A DNA stretch of 64,000 bases from Escherichia coli (GTDB lineage Bacteria; Pseudomonadota; Gammaproteobacteria; Enterobacterales; Enterobacteriaceae), in NCBI RefSeq assembly GCF_050320075.1, contig NZ_CP190018.1; one strand, written 5' to 3'. The translations under genes and the position numbers were made by a program. The notes under the pieces are model-generated. The model searched no databases, was not told the DNA's origin, and saw only the letters and a program-made list of their open reading frames with translations. Each line of letters opens with the position of its first letter. The stretch's first letter is position 1. Positions 18,223 to 27,977 of this stretch are shown here, in pieces.

Positions 18223-20843
18223 TGCCAGTCGTACCAACAGTATCCGGACGTCAGGTTGAGAGCCGTGGAGTTCAGTCAGCAGGCTTGCAGATGTTTTCTC
18301 AGCCAGGTATTGGTGATGCTTTTGTTCTGGCAGGGGCAGAGGCTATTGATGTTCTGGGTCAGGCAAAACAGCGTGCCAATATTGCCTTGGTTCAGGAGGC
18401 ATCCCTTAAACTCAGTCAGACAGGCAGCGATCTGCTGAATAACCCTGAAACAGGTTTGCTTAACCTGAAAGGGAAAAATGCTATTGGAAAAGGTCAGGAG
18501 TATACGCAGCAGTTTGATGCTCAGGTCGAACAACTGGCTATGTCGCTGCCGGATGAACAGGCTCGTAATGCTTTCATGCAGCAGGCGCAGCAGCAGCGCA
18601 TTCAGTTCACTACGCAGGCCGGGAGGTACGAAATAGGACAGGTTCGCCAGTATGAGGCGGATATGCAGGATGCGACACTAAAAAACCTATCGATGCAGTT
18701 CCGTAACCCGACAATGGCAAACCAGGCAGGATTGAAGGCATATCATAGCATCATCGCTTACGGAGAAGCCCACGGCCAGAGTCAGGAAGAGATCGAACAG
18801 AACTGGGTTTCGTGGCGCGAGAATGCCGCGAACGGTGCGGCGGAGGCGTGGTATGTGCCGATGTATCAACAGATGATGGGTCCGAACGGCAAGATTGAGG
18901 TAACCGATACACCGAGTGAGGCGCAGTTATTCTCTGCAATAATCTGGCAGGAGAGTGGCGGAAATCAGTACGGAAAGGACGGAACACCTCTGGTGTCGCC
19001 AAAAGGCGCTGTTGGCGTAGCGCAGGTGACGGAAGATACTGGCCCCGAAGCTGCCCGCCTTGCTGGCGTGCCGTGGGACCGCGATAAATGGTTGAATGAC
19101 CCGCGCTATAATGCCCGCTTGGGGCAAGCTTATTTCGGCGCGCAGATGAAGAAATACGACAATAACCCGGTTCTGGCAGTAGCTGCCTATAACGCTGGCC
19201 CAGGAAAGGTTGACGGCTGGATTAAACAGATTGGCGATCCGCGCACAGGCGAAGTCAGTAACGCCCAGTTTGCCGCAGCTATCCCATACGACGAGACGCG
19301 CAATTATGTGGCAAAAGTAACTGGCAGTGCTGGAGCTATTCCTGGATCTGCGACGATGGAAAACCTCATCGCACAGCCATTCTGGAACGCCATGAGTCCG
19401 GACAAAAAGTCGCAGATGATGAGCAAGGTTGCTGGCATGTACGACATGCAGGCTTCAGCCGGTCGCGTTGCGCTACAGAGTCGAATGCAGGACGACCTAT
19501 CCAAAATTGAGGCCGGTAAGCAGGTGACGCCTATTTCAGCGCACGAATGGGCCGCCGTTATGCCGCTTCAGGCAGCGCCTGCCGAGCGCCTGCAGATGGA
19601 AAAAACCTTCCAGCAATACCAGCAGGCAATGACGCTACAACCTGTTTATCAGACCATTATGCAGGGCAACGTCCAGCAGGGTACCGCCGCCGTGCAGGCA
19701 ATGGCACCGCAGGAAAACGACCCTGACTTTAAATACAAAGCAGAGCTTTATGCATCGGCAAAGGTCAAGCTTGGGCAGGTACTGAAGGCGCGGGAAGCGG
19801 ATCCGGGGGCATGGCTGCAACAAAACTCTCCGGTTGTGCAGGCTGCATTCCAGCAGTACCTGAATGACCCTTCATCTGGTGAATACCTAGTTTCCCGCAT
19901 ACAGTCTGAAAAAGACCGCCTGGGGATAATGAGCAAAAAAGTTTTACCGGAGTCCATGGTCAACGACGTACTGCAGCGTATTGACAACACGCAGGAATCT
20001 AGCGTAAAGGCCATTCAGTCGGTGGCGCAGTCGTTCGGCAAATACTCGGATCAGGTGATGCGGCAGGTGCAAAATAAAGCATTCCCAGCTTTAAAGGTTG
20101 TAATGTCTACAGAAAACCAACGGGCAGCAGATGCGTTGTGGCAAATACGGAATGTACCTACTTCTGATTTGAGATCTGGTTTGGATAAAAACCAGGCAGA
20201 CAGTGCAGACTCATCGTGGACAGATCAATTTAAAGATTTTTCTTCAACTCTTATTCCTCAGAGAAATGGTGCTGAAAACTGGACTATTTATAACGAGCAG
20301 GGAAAACGCTTGACCTACAACTACATGCAGCGCGGAATGTCGGCGTCTGATGCAGCAAAACAGGCGTATCAGGACCTTCTCGGCGAGCAGTACCAGACCA
20401 ATGGCACTTGGCGGCTACCTAATCGTGCAGGGGTAGATATTCGTGACGTTAACGATGGTGCCAATGCGTATCTGAAAAACCTGTCAGCAGATCAGATTAT
20501 GCCGCTTATTGGTGACCCAAGGCTACCTGATGAGGTCAACCGTGAGCAGAGTATCTCCCGCATTCGTGATAATGCGCAGTGGGTTACCAACAGCGACGAA
20601 ACAGGACTTACCCTGATGCTCAACGGGCTGATCGTCAACGGTGCCGACGGCAACTCGATTACGGTGACGTTCAACGATCTGGCGAAACTGGGAACAACCA
20701 ACCGATCAGTATGGAACCGCATTACCAAGTTCATTGATACTCCGGTGAAATATACTCCCGGACAGTCTAAGGAATACAGCGCAGAAAGTCAGCGCGACAA
20801 CCTGATTAACATTTTCCAGAACGGCCAGCAATCAGGACGATAA
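18222..20843 (+). CDS. Ejection/internal virion protein with lytic transglycosylase (SLT-like) domain; start moved to ATG 18222
   Basis: GGAGG RBS before MPVVPTV; region AIIWQESGGNQYG...VGVAQVTEDTG...AYNAGPGKV resembles the SLT active-site region. Confidence 0.65.
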   Translation: MPVVPTVSGRQVESRGVQSAGLQMFSQPGIGDAFVLAGAEAIDVLGQAKQRANIALVQEASLKLSQTGSDLLNNPETGLLNLKGKNAIGKGQEYTQQFDAQVEQLAMSLPDEQARNAFMQQAQQQRIQFTTQAGRYEIGQVRQYEADMQDATLKNLSMQFRNPTMANQAGLKAYHSIIAYGEAHGQSQEEIEQNWVSWRENAANGAAEAWYVPMYQQMMGPNGKIEVTDTPSEAQLFSAIIWQESGGNQYGKDGTPLVSPKGAVGVAQVTEDTGPEAARLAGVPWDRDKWLNDPRYNARLGQAYFGAQMKKYDNNPVLAVAAYNAGPGKVDGWIKQIGDPRTGEVSNAQFAAAIPYDETRNYVAKVTGSAGAIPGSATMENLIAQPFWNAMSPDKKSQMMSKVAGMYDMQASAGRVALQSRMQDDLSKIEAGKQVTPISAHEWAAVMPLQAAPAERLQMEKTFQQYQQAMTLQPVYQTIMQGNVQQGTAAVQAMAPQENDPDFKYKAELYASAKVKLGQVLKAREADPGAWLQQNSPVVQAAFQQYLNDPSSGEYLVSRIQSEKDRLGIMSKKVLPESMVNDVLQRIDNTQESSVKAIQSVAQSFGKYSDQVMRQVQNKAFPALKVVMSTENQRAADALWQIRNVPTSDLRSGLDKNQADSADSSWTDQFKDFSSTLIPQRNGAENWTIYNEQGKRLTYNYMQRGMSASDAAKQAYQDLLGEQYQTNGTWRLPNRAGVDIRDVNDGANAYLKNLSADQIMPLIGDPRLPDEVNREQSISRIRDNAQWVTNSDETGLTLMLNGLIVNGADGNSITVTFNDLAKLGTTNRSVWNRITKFIDTPVKYTPGQSKEYSAESQRDNLINIFQNGQQSGR

Positions 20844-20844
20844 C

Positions 20845-22542
20845 ATGCCAATTTACACAGATGATCCGGGACAGGGCATTAACCAGCCAATTGGCAACGC
20901 GCCAGCAGGGCTTGGCGAATCGCTGCTTTCTTCCCTTAAGCAGGGATTTGAAGAGGGGCCGGTCATGTCCGGCTACCGCTTTGCGCAGGTCGACTCGCTG
21001 GCGAATGACCCAAACTCTACAGTTATCAGTAAGCAGGACGCAGATGAGCTCCTGAAGCAGTACGGCGTAAAGAGCATAAACGTGCCAGATTCTGGCGTTA
21101 CGCAGGCTTTTCTCGATCATGTTATTGCCGAACGCAAAGATTCTCTGGCACGCCAGCAGATTGCGATGTCGGCACCGAGCGGGTGGGTAGCCACGCCGCT
21201 TAATTTCGCAGCCAGCCTAGCTGGTTCAATGGCAGATCCTGGTAACGTGGCGCTGGCGCTGGTTCCGTTCGCTGGAGAAGCAAAGGCAGCTTCTGTGCTT
21301 GGCCGATTTGGCGAGCGATTTGTTGCGGGTGCACGCATGGGGGCAGCGCAGGCGGTGGTGACCGTGCCGTTTACCGGGCTGGCAGCGGCGGCGGAAGGTG
21401 ACGACTTCACCTATAGCAACGCGTTGGAAAGTACTTTCTTTAACACGATGGCTGGCGGTCTAATGCATGCCGGCGGCGGCCTTATCGCCGATATCGTGCG
21501 ACCGCGTCGCGTTCCCGATGCTGCAACGGGAGAGTCCCCGGCGTTTTCTGGCGATGCGCAGCCAACCCCGGTGATAACGCCTGACAACATTCCGGCGGGC
21601 GTGAATATCCCTGAGGTTGGCGCTAACGCAGATCTGGCGGCGGCCATTTCCAGTGAAGCGGAGAGCTACGCATACAGCCGGGCTTATGACGACGTGGTTC
21701 CTGACTATATGGCGCGCCAGCAGGAGTTACAGAGCGGACAGATCGGTAACGTTGCCGACCTGCGTGCCGAGCTTGCGGCTAATCAACGTCATGCTGACTC
21801 GCTTGATGCGACTCTGCAGCAGCGCACCAAAAAGTATCAGGGGCAGCGGATGAAGTTTAAGGATGCGCGCTCTAGGGCACTGAAAGAGATTCAGGCCGAG
21901 AAAGACGCCATCGCTGCACGCAATCAGGAGATCAACACATCGCTGGAGCAGAACGCGACAGCAGAGCAGGCGCGCTGGCACCAGTCTCAGATTTCCCGCG
22001 GCGAGATCCCCGACGACCTGAAAGTCACCATTTCCGAGCGTGCGCAGCAGATCCTGGACGGCATGCAGATGTCGCCGATCGCTGGCGCAGTTCGCACTGC
22101 CGCAAGCGCCATCAGGGATGCTGACTGGAGCGTGAACCAGCAGGCGTATCGCGCTGCGCTGGCACACATGATGGAAGGACGTAGCCCAGATGTTGAGCCC
22201 TTCTATGAACTGCACAAATCGGCACTGCGTGAACGCGCCATCCATCGCATACAGAACCCGGCACGGCAGGTTGATGAAACGGCTCGCCCAGTAAGCGAAA
22301 CAGCCGATCGGGTTTATCAAGAAACGCAAAAGGCAGATCATGAAATTACCGCTGCCGCTGCAGACCTTGATAACGAGCTCAACCTGAGTAACGCCCTGCT
22401 TGACGATATCGCTGTCGATAACCCTGATCTTGCGACCACGTTGCGCCAGAAACTCAATGATATTCGTGCCGACGCCAGCGACAATAGCATGAGCAACGCT
22501 TTCCGGGCATTTGCCGCCTGTATGATTAACCGGGGGATGTGA
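20845..22542 (+). CDS. Putative ejection/internal virion protein
   Basis: 565 aa, Ala-rich, coupled. Confidence 0.45.
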   Translation: MPIYTDDPGQGINQPIGNAPAGLGESLLSSLKQGFEEGPVMSGYRFAQVDSLANDPNSTVISKQDADELLKQYGVKSINVPDSGVTQAFLDHVIAERKDSLARQQIAMSAPSGWVATPLNFAASLAGSMADPGNVALALVPFAGEAKAASVLGRFGERFVAGARMGAAQAVVTVPFTGLAAAAEGDDFTYSNALESTFFNTMAGGLMHAGGGLIADIVRPRRVPDAATGESPAFSGDAQPTPVITPDNIPAGVNIPEVGANADLAAAISSEAESYAYSRAYDDVVPDYMARQQELQSGQIGNVADLRAELAANQRHADSLDATLQQRTKKYQGQRMKFKDARSRALKEIQAEKDAIAARNQEINTSLEQNATAEQARWHQSQISRGEIPDDLKVTISERAQQILDGMQMSPIAGAVRTAASAIRDADWSVNQQAYRAALAHMMEGRSPDVEPFYELHKSALRERAIHRIQNPARQVDETARPVSETADRVYQETQKADHEITAAAADLDNELNLSNALLDDIAVDNPDLATTLRQKLNDIRADASDNSMSNAFRAFAACMINRGM

Positions 22543-25091
22543 TGGCAGCAAACGAATTTTTGACGCAGTGCGAGCGCAGTGTAAATGCTGCCGCTGGTCG
22601 CGAGCTTTCTTCCGATGAGATGGAGTCGCTGGTGCGTGACATGAACGACACCACTAGGCGAATTCTGGCGACCAATGAGGCGCTGTCTCTGGAAGAGGCC
22701 GCGATGCGCGCAGCGGAAGAACTGAGCAATGCCGATATGCTGGCAAAACAGATTGAGTCCCGCAATAAGGCAATCAACACCCGTATTGCCGCACAACGAC
22801 TTAGAGAGCTTCGTACTATCTGGAAAGACCGCCCGGATATCGGGCTTGAAGCAATGCTGGTTGGCCGCAACGATGCGCGTACCGGCGCCCGCCGGTCGGT
22901 ATCTTCGGAGGTGGCGCAACTGCGCGGCAAGTATCATTCCGGTATCAACTACGATTTTGACCGTGCCGGGCTGGTGCAATTCATCGCCAGCGGCAGCAAT
23001 GACAGGGAAATTGCCGATGCAATGTGGCGCATAGGGCGCGGGCAGTCAACTGACGGTATGACAAGGCAATCCGTAAGCGCTGCACAAATCATCATGAAAT
23101 GGCAGGAAACTGCGCACATTGATGAGAACCGCGCCGGGGCATGGATACGCAAAGAGCCGGGCTATATAGTGCGCCAGTCACACGACATCATGAAGATCCG
23201 CGCCGCAGGTTATGAAGCATGGCGAAATGCTATTCTCCCGCGCCTTGATGAGCGCACTTTTGACGGCGTGGCTGACCGCGAGCAGTTCATGCGTAACATT
23301 TATAACGGGCTGGCTTCCGGCGTGCATCTTACATCTGAAAAGCCCGATTGGATGAATGGCTTTAAGGGATCGGCGAACGCAGCTAAACGCGCCAGCCAAG
23401 AGCGAATTTTGCACTTCAAAGATGGTATCTCGTGGCACGAGTACAACCAGCAATTCGGCACCGGCAGCCTGCGAGAGGCGCTGTTTGGTGGCTTAAACAG
23501 CGCTGCCCGCACAACGGGCATGATGCGCGTACTGGGCACTAACCCACAGAACATGTTTAAGTACCTGACGGACACCATTGCTGAAGATATCAGCAAATCC
23601 GGAAGACCGGCAGCGTTGGCTGACTACATGACGAAGGTGCGTCGCATTAACCGTACCGTAATGCCGCAGGTTGACGGCTCGCTAAATATTCCTGGCAGCG
23701 TAGGCTGGGCCAATGCGTCGGCGGCTGTACGCGGCTGGTTGCGTATGAGCCAGCTTGGTGGCGCGGTAATCTCATCGTTTAACGACGTGCCTATCGCCGC
23801 TACCGAGATGCGCTACCAAGGGCAGAATTTTATGCAGGCGTTGCTTGGTGCTATGAGAGGCCGCTTCACGCGTTACAACAGCGCGGAGCAGAAAGAGATC
23901 CTTTCCTCTATCGGAGTTTATTCCGACTCCATGACGCAGGAAATCATCCGGCGTATATCTGGTGATGACACGCTGAATGGAAAACTTGGTCGCGCGCAGC
24001 AGCTTTTCTTTAAGTACAACCTCATGAACTTCTGGACCGAGAGCGGTCGCAACAGCAACGCCATGATGATAACCAACTGGCTTGCAAAGAATGCTGACCA
24101 GCCTCATGCGCGGCTACCGGAAGACCTGCGACGCGTGCTGGATCTGCACGGTATTGGCGAACGTGAGTGGGAAATTTTTCGCAACATGGACATGGCCGAT
24201 AGCGAAGGTCGTAAGTTCATGACGACCAGCGGCATCCGCGGCGTGCCTGACGAAGTGATTGCCGGTTATGTAGAGAGTAAGGGGATCAAGCCAACGCAGC
24301 GCGCTATCGCTGACGCACGCGATCAATTGGAAGGGCAGTTGCGCGGCTACATCCTTGACCGCCTGAATATCGCCATGTCAGAGCCTGGCGATCGCACGCA
24401 GGCGTTTATGAAGATGGGCACGGTGCCAGGAACGGTGGCTGGGGAAGCAATACGATTCGCTGGTCAGTACAAATCGTTCACTGCAAGCTTCATGCAGAAC
24501 GTACTAGGACGCGAAGTATTCGGGCGTGGTTATATTCCTGCTGGGCTTGGTGAGTCGAAAACCGGATCGCTGACGAATGCTCTGCTGCGTAACGGGAAGG
24601 GGGCTTTCCTTGGTGCTGCAAACCTCTTTGTCTGGGCGACTATGTTTGGTTATATCTCCATGCAGTCAAAACTCATGCTGAAAGGGCAAACACCACGCCC
24701 GGCAGATGCCAAGACGTTTCTCGCAGCCGCATCTCAGGGGGGCGGTCTTGGCATCTTGGGTGACTTCATGTTTGGCGAGGTCAACCGCATGGGGGCCGGG
24801 CCGGTTACGTCGCTAATGGGACCGGCAGCATCGAACGCTGACAGCATTATCACGCTGCTCCAGCAGACCACGAGAGGGGATGCAGATTTGGGTGACTGGT
24901 ATCGCACGGCACTTGACAATACGCCATTCCTCAACGTGTTCTGGCTTCGTACGGCGATGAATGGTTTAATATTGAACCGGATACAAGATGCCCTTGACCC
25001 AGGCTCTCTTGAGCGTTATCAGCGCCGTGTTGAGCGTGAGCAGGGTAACGAATTTCTGATCCCACCATCGCAGTTCATGCTAGGGAAGTAA
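22539..25091 (+). CDS. Putative ejection/internal virion protein
   Basis: 850 aa, coupled. Confidence 0.45.
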   Translation: MMAANEFLTQCERSVNAAAGRELSSDEMESLVRDMNDTTRRILATNEALSLEEAAMRAAEELSNADMLAKQIESRNKAINTRIAAQRLRELRTIWKDRPDIGLEAMLVGRNDARTGARRSVSSEVAQLRGKYHSGINYDFDRAGLVQFIASGSNDREIADAMWRIGRGQSTDGMTRQSVSAAQIIMKWQETAHIDENRAGAWIRKEPGYIVRQSHDIMKIRAAGYEAWRNAILPRLDERTFDGVADREQFMRNIYNGLASGVHLTSEKPDWMNGFKGSANAAKRASQERILHFKDGISWHEYNQQFGTGSLREALFGGLNSAARTTGMMRVLGTNPQNMFKYLTDTIAEDISKSGRPAALADYMTKVRRINRTVMPQVDGSLNIPGSVGWANASAAVRGWLRMSQLGGAVISSFNDVPIAATEMRYQGQNFMQALLGAMRGRFTRYNSAEQKEILSSIGVYSDSMTQEIIRRISGDDTLNGKLGRAQQLFFKYNLMNFWTESGRNSNAMMITNWLAKNADQPHARLPEDLRRVLDLHGIGEREWEIFRNMDMADSEGRKFMTTSGIRGVPDEVIAGYVESKGIKPTQRAIADARDQLEGQLRGYILDRLNIAMSEPGDRTQAFMKMGTVPGTVAGEAIRFAGQYKSFTASFMQNVLGREVFGRGYIPAGLGESKTGSLTNALLRNGKGAFLGAANLFVWATMFGYISMQSKLMLKGQTPRPADAKTFLAAASQGGGLGILGDFMFGEVNRMGAGPVTSLMGPAASNADSIITLLQQTTRGDADLGDWYRTALDNTPFLNVFWLRTAMNGLILNRIQDALDPGSLERYQRRVEREQGNEFLIPPSQFMLGK

Positions 25092-25092
25092 T

Positions 25093-25464
25093 ATGAACAG
25101 AATTATATTAATGATTATTCTTATGCTTTTAGCTGTAAAATCTTTTGCAGATACTACCTCACCGTTAATGATTCAGCCTAAAAATGGGGAAACACTGGAG
25201 GACTCTAAAAAGCATACAATGGAATATTTTGGATGTATAAAAGGGCAGGCCGTAAAATACGCTAAGACAGGAGAAAGTGTTGATTCTATATCCAAAGCTT
25301 CGGTTGTGTCATGCGAGTCGTACATACAAAAGATTGCTGAATCAAATATATACTATTTAAATTCCTCTCAAGACGGTAAGCGGAAATTTATTGGAAGGCT
25401 TAAATCAGATGGTGAAAATTTAGCAACGAAATTTGCTATGGATGAAAAGCTAAAAAATAAATAG
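25093..25464 (+). CDS. AT-rich moron: small secreted/periplasmic protein (signal peptide MNRIILMIILMLLAVKSFA)
   Basis: 123 aa; visibly lower GC than flanking genes; N-terminal signal-peptide-like segment. Confidence 0.55.
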   Translation: MNRIILMIILMLLAVKSFADTTSPLMIQPKNGETLEDSKKHTMEYFGCIKGQAVKYAKTGESVDSISKASVVSCESYIQKIAESNIYYLNSSQDGKRKFIGRLKSDGENLATKFAMDEKLKNK

Positions 25465-25471
25465 GTGACAC

Positions 25472-25768
25472 ATGCAAGCGATAGGATTCATTGTTTATAT
25501 CGTCGTTGGTCTTTTTCAGTTGGCAGCAATTATGGCTGGGCTTGAATCATGGTGGGGATTGCACTGGATAATTGCAGCCCCCATTGCTTTCATCGTGAGC
25601 TATATTCCATTTGTTGGAGCGATTGTTGGTATGGTTGGTGCTGTGGATGTATGGCGGTGGGAGTGGTGGCAGGCTGGCCTTCTCTTCTTTGGTGGGATCA
25701 TCTTTGCTATTGTCTGCGGTGGAATGTCATCATTTTTCGAACGGCTATCATTCAGAAAAGGAACGTGA
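25472..25768 (+). CDS. Small integral membrane protein (about 3 TM helices)
   Basis: 98 aa, hydrophobic segments; stop TGA inside the GTGACATGTCAC palindrome. Confidence 0.55.
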   Translation: MQAIGFIVYIVVGLFQLAAIMAGLESWWGLHWIIAAPIAFIVSYIPFVGAIVGMVGAVDVWRWEWWQAGLLFFGGIIFAIVCGGMSSFFERLSFRKGT

Positions 25769-25776
25769 CATGTCAC
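25765..25776. repeat. Perfect 12-bp palindrome GTGACATGTCAC (copy 3)
   Basis: Read directly; overlaps stop 25766-25768; followed by a terminator. Confidence 0.9.
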
Positions 25777-25800
25777 AGGCCGCTTTCGCGGCCTTGTTTT
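25777..25800 (+). terminator. Rho-independent terminator
   Basis: AGGCCGC-TTTC-GCGGCCT followed by TGTTTT. Confidence 0.65.
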
Positions 25801-25961
25801 TAACGAATGCCACCGCCACCCGGGCGGGAATCCGCAGAACGCCCACCGCAGCGGGAGCCGTCAGCGGCAGTATCGCTGTCGTGCTGACAACGACCGGCAA
25901 AGGCCTGAGTTGAAGCTACCAGAGACAACAAAACGAACAGTGCAGCAAATGCTTTTTTCAT
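25800..25961 (-). CDS. Candidate small secreted peptide, 53 aa (signal peptide MKKAFAALFVLLSLVASTQAFA + 31-aa Gly/Ser/Asp-rich part with 2 Cys)
   Basis: Internal ATG of track ORF 25800..26033; sigma70-like promoter on the minus strand (TTGACG 26002-25997, 16-nt spacer, TATAGA 25980-25975); weak RBS. Confidence 0.3.
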   Translation of the reverse strand: MKKAFAALFVLLSLVASTQAFAGRCQHDSDTAADGSRCGGRSADSRPGGGGIR

Positions 25962-26030
25962 TGTGAAATTTCCATCTATAAGCCACCTCAATGTGGCGTC
26001 AATGAGTGTAGCACTGACTTTTGTTTCGTC

Positions 26031-26054
26031 CACAAAAAAGCCCGCAGCGCGGGC
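26031..26054 (-). terminator. Rho-independent terminator ending the minus-strand accessory operon
   Basis: GCCCGC-AGC-GCGGGC immediately after stop 26055-26057, followed on the minus strand by CTTTTTTGT. Confidence 0.7.
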
Positions 26055-26603
26055 TTACTTTTCTTCAGGTTTGTTGTCTTCAGATTTCTTCTTGATGCTT
26101 GGTTTTTGTCTAAGAACGAAAATACCAGCCACTGCAACAACTGTACCGATCACTGTGCCAGCTAGAACTTCATGACCTGTTAAACCTAATAATGTTGCAC
26201 AAGCTACTGTAAAAATAGTTGCACTCAGGCCAAACCACTGCCCACGTTTATCTCTATTAATAGCCCCGTCAAGTGCCTTTTCCTCCATTTTCTGGCGGTG
26301 AGCAAACTCCTTCTCCGTCAGCTGGAAGATGCGTTCGGGGGCATCAGGTAAAATATCCTGATACCCGCGAAGCAGATAGGGGGGAGGAAGCGGACCCTGA
26401 AACGCATGGTGAGCGACAACTATCTCCTGAATTTCAGGGCGATCAAGAACTCTTGTGAAGGCATCTGGGTGTTGAATGATCTCGTTACTTAGCCCTTCCT
26501 CAACTTCCTCGAACTCAGTTTCTTCGTTATCACTTGGTTGCCCAATAGATTTTTGCATATTTGTCGAAGGACATTCCTTTAGCTTCTGGTTTTCCTCTTG
26601 CAT
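26055..26603 (-). CDS. Membrane protein: acidic N-terminal soluble domain plus C-terminal TM helices (possibly DUF2335-like)
   Basis: 182 aa; hydrophobic stretch WFGLSATIFTVACATLLGLTGHEVLAGTVIGTVVAVAGIFVL near the C-terminus; start 26603 or 26558. Confidence 0.5.
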   Translation of the reverse strand: MQEENQKLKECPSTNMQKSIGQPSDNEETEFEEVEEGLSNEIIQHPDAFTRVLDRPEIQEIVVAHHAFQGPLPPPYLLRGYQDILPDAPERIFQLTEKEFAHRQKMEEKALDGAINRDKRGQWFGLSATIFTVACATLLGLTGHEVLAGTVIGTVVAVAGIFVLRQKPSIKKKSEDNKPEEK

Positions 26604-26856
26604 TTGAGTTTTTCCCTGTCACTATTGCCCATTTTCCGCCAGCAGGCGCTGCAATTTTTTTTCCGTTCTTTACTATATATTCAGCATAAACACGATTTTC
26701 TGACCGTCTGAGATCGTCTCCGACCATATTCATGTCTCTTGATATAACTTTGACGACAGAGTCTCGGTTTAAAGCCTTGGCATAGTTGGAGCCAGGAACG
26801 ATACCCAAAGGGGTGCCAGACTCTATAGCCAGCTCCTTGACATATCTTCTGCTCAT
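26530..26856 (-). CDS. Hypothetical small protein (108 aa from ATG 26856)
   Basis: GAGG RBS before MSRRYVKELA; overlaps the 5' end of the downstream membrane-protein ORF. Confidence 0.45.
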   Translation of the reverse strand: MSRRYVKELAIESGTPLGIVPGSNYAKALNRDSVVKVISRDMNMVGDDLRRSENRVYAEYIVKNGKKIAAPAGGKWAIVTGKNSNARGKPEAKGMSFDKYAKIYWATK

Positions 26857-26977
26857 ATGAACCTCAACCAATCGACTTTACCAATCGGGTAATTTTAAAC
26901 ATGAGTATAATGCTTTTAACTGCAACGAGTGTAAACAATTATTGATAATTGTAGGCACATCCCTGTGCCGCCGCCCG

Positions 26978-27664
26978 TCAGAAGAACCCTGCTTTGTCGT
27001 TGATGTACTCCGCGTGCGTCTGGATATCACGCAGGCATTTACTCACACCGACGATGTAGCAGAACATGGTGGTCAACTCCGCCGCCGCGCCCGATACGTC
27101 GTGCCCGTCGTCCTGTAACTGGTTCAGCAAATTCATCAGCAGTGAGTTCTCCGTCAGGCCGAGAACACCAGACGGCGAATGAATCAGGCTACGGTAGCCG
27201 GGCTTCAGTGGGGCGCTGTAGGTTTTGTTCTCTATCTTCATTGCCTGCATCACTGCTGATGCTGTGGCGTTGGCTACCTGGTCGGCAACCATCTTTATGC
27301 GTTCTTCCTGCGGGAGCGAGTTTTTAATGTAACTTCCGGTGCGGCGGATCTGAGGAAGAACCTCACCTGTAACCCATTTGCGAAAGCGGTAGGGGATAGT
27401 GCCTGGTGTTACTGCATCGCGGCAGCGGAGGATCAGTGTGTAGAGGCCTGACTCGTTGATAATATTGGTTTCGCCTTGACGGCCTAAGTTAAATTTAGCC
27501 CTTTCATCATCATCAAGAGATTTTATTGACATAGTGGGGTTTGTCAGTTGAAGAGCTTTAATAACGTCTTTGGCAACAAACCAAGGATTTCCATCAATAA
27601 CAATGGCTCGAATGGTTGCTTCTGATTCAAAATGAAAAACAGATGGGGTTACGTTAGCAGTCAT
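26978..27664 (-). CDS. Bro-N domain antirepressor-like protein (start trimmed to ATG 27664)
   Basis: N-terminal FHFESEATIRAIVIDGNPWFVAKDVIKAL...NIINESGLYTLILRCRDA resembles Bro-N; SD AAGGTGA before ATG 27664. Confidence 0.6.
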   Translation of the reverse strand: MTANVTPSVFHFESEATIRAIVIDGNPWFVAKDVIKALQLTNPTMSIKSLDDDERAKFNLGRQGETNIINESGLYTLILRCRDAVTPGTIPYRFRKWVTGEVLPQIRRTGSYIKNSLPQEERIKMVADQVANATASAVMQAMKIENKTYSAPLKPGYRSLIHSPSGVLGLTENSLLMNLLNQLQDDGHDVSGAAAELTTMFCYIVGVSKCLRDIQTHAEYINDKAGFF

Positions 27665-27932
27665 AGTGATCACCTTTGTAGTTAGGTTAATCACCACTAC
27701 CGACGCCAATCGGTTGGTGGTGAACTGTGCAGGGTTGGCGTAACCGGCTACAAAGGACCCGGCGCACCTTTCGGTGCCCCCACACAGCCCACCATAGAAT
27801 AGGTGCGCTTTACACATAAAAAAAACCGCTTATGCGGCATATGTGCCTCTGTAGTAACTCGGGACGCCAATCCCGGCACTGGATTTTGCCAGTGCCCGAT
27901 TACTATGGCACAAGAGGAGTGCGTTGTAAATT

Positions 27933-27947
27933 TACCGCAAAGGTAAA
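27933..27947. promoter_or_regulatory. Operator-like palindrome TTACCGCAAAGGTAA upstream of the Bro-N gene
   Basis: Perfect copy, intergenic. Confidence 0.6.
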
Positions 27948-27977
27948 TATAAGCACTCCACTTGGCAATTGCAAACC

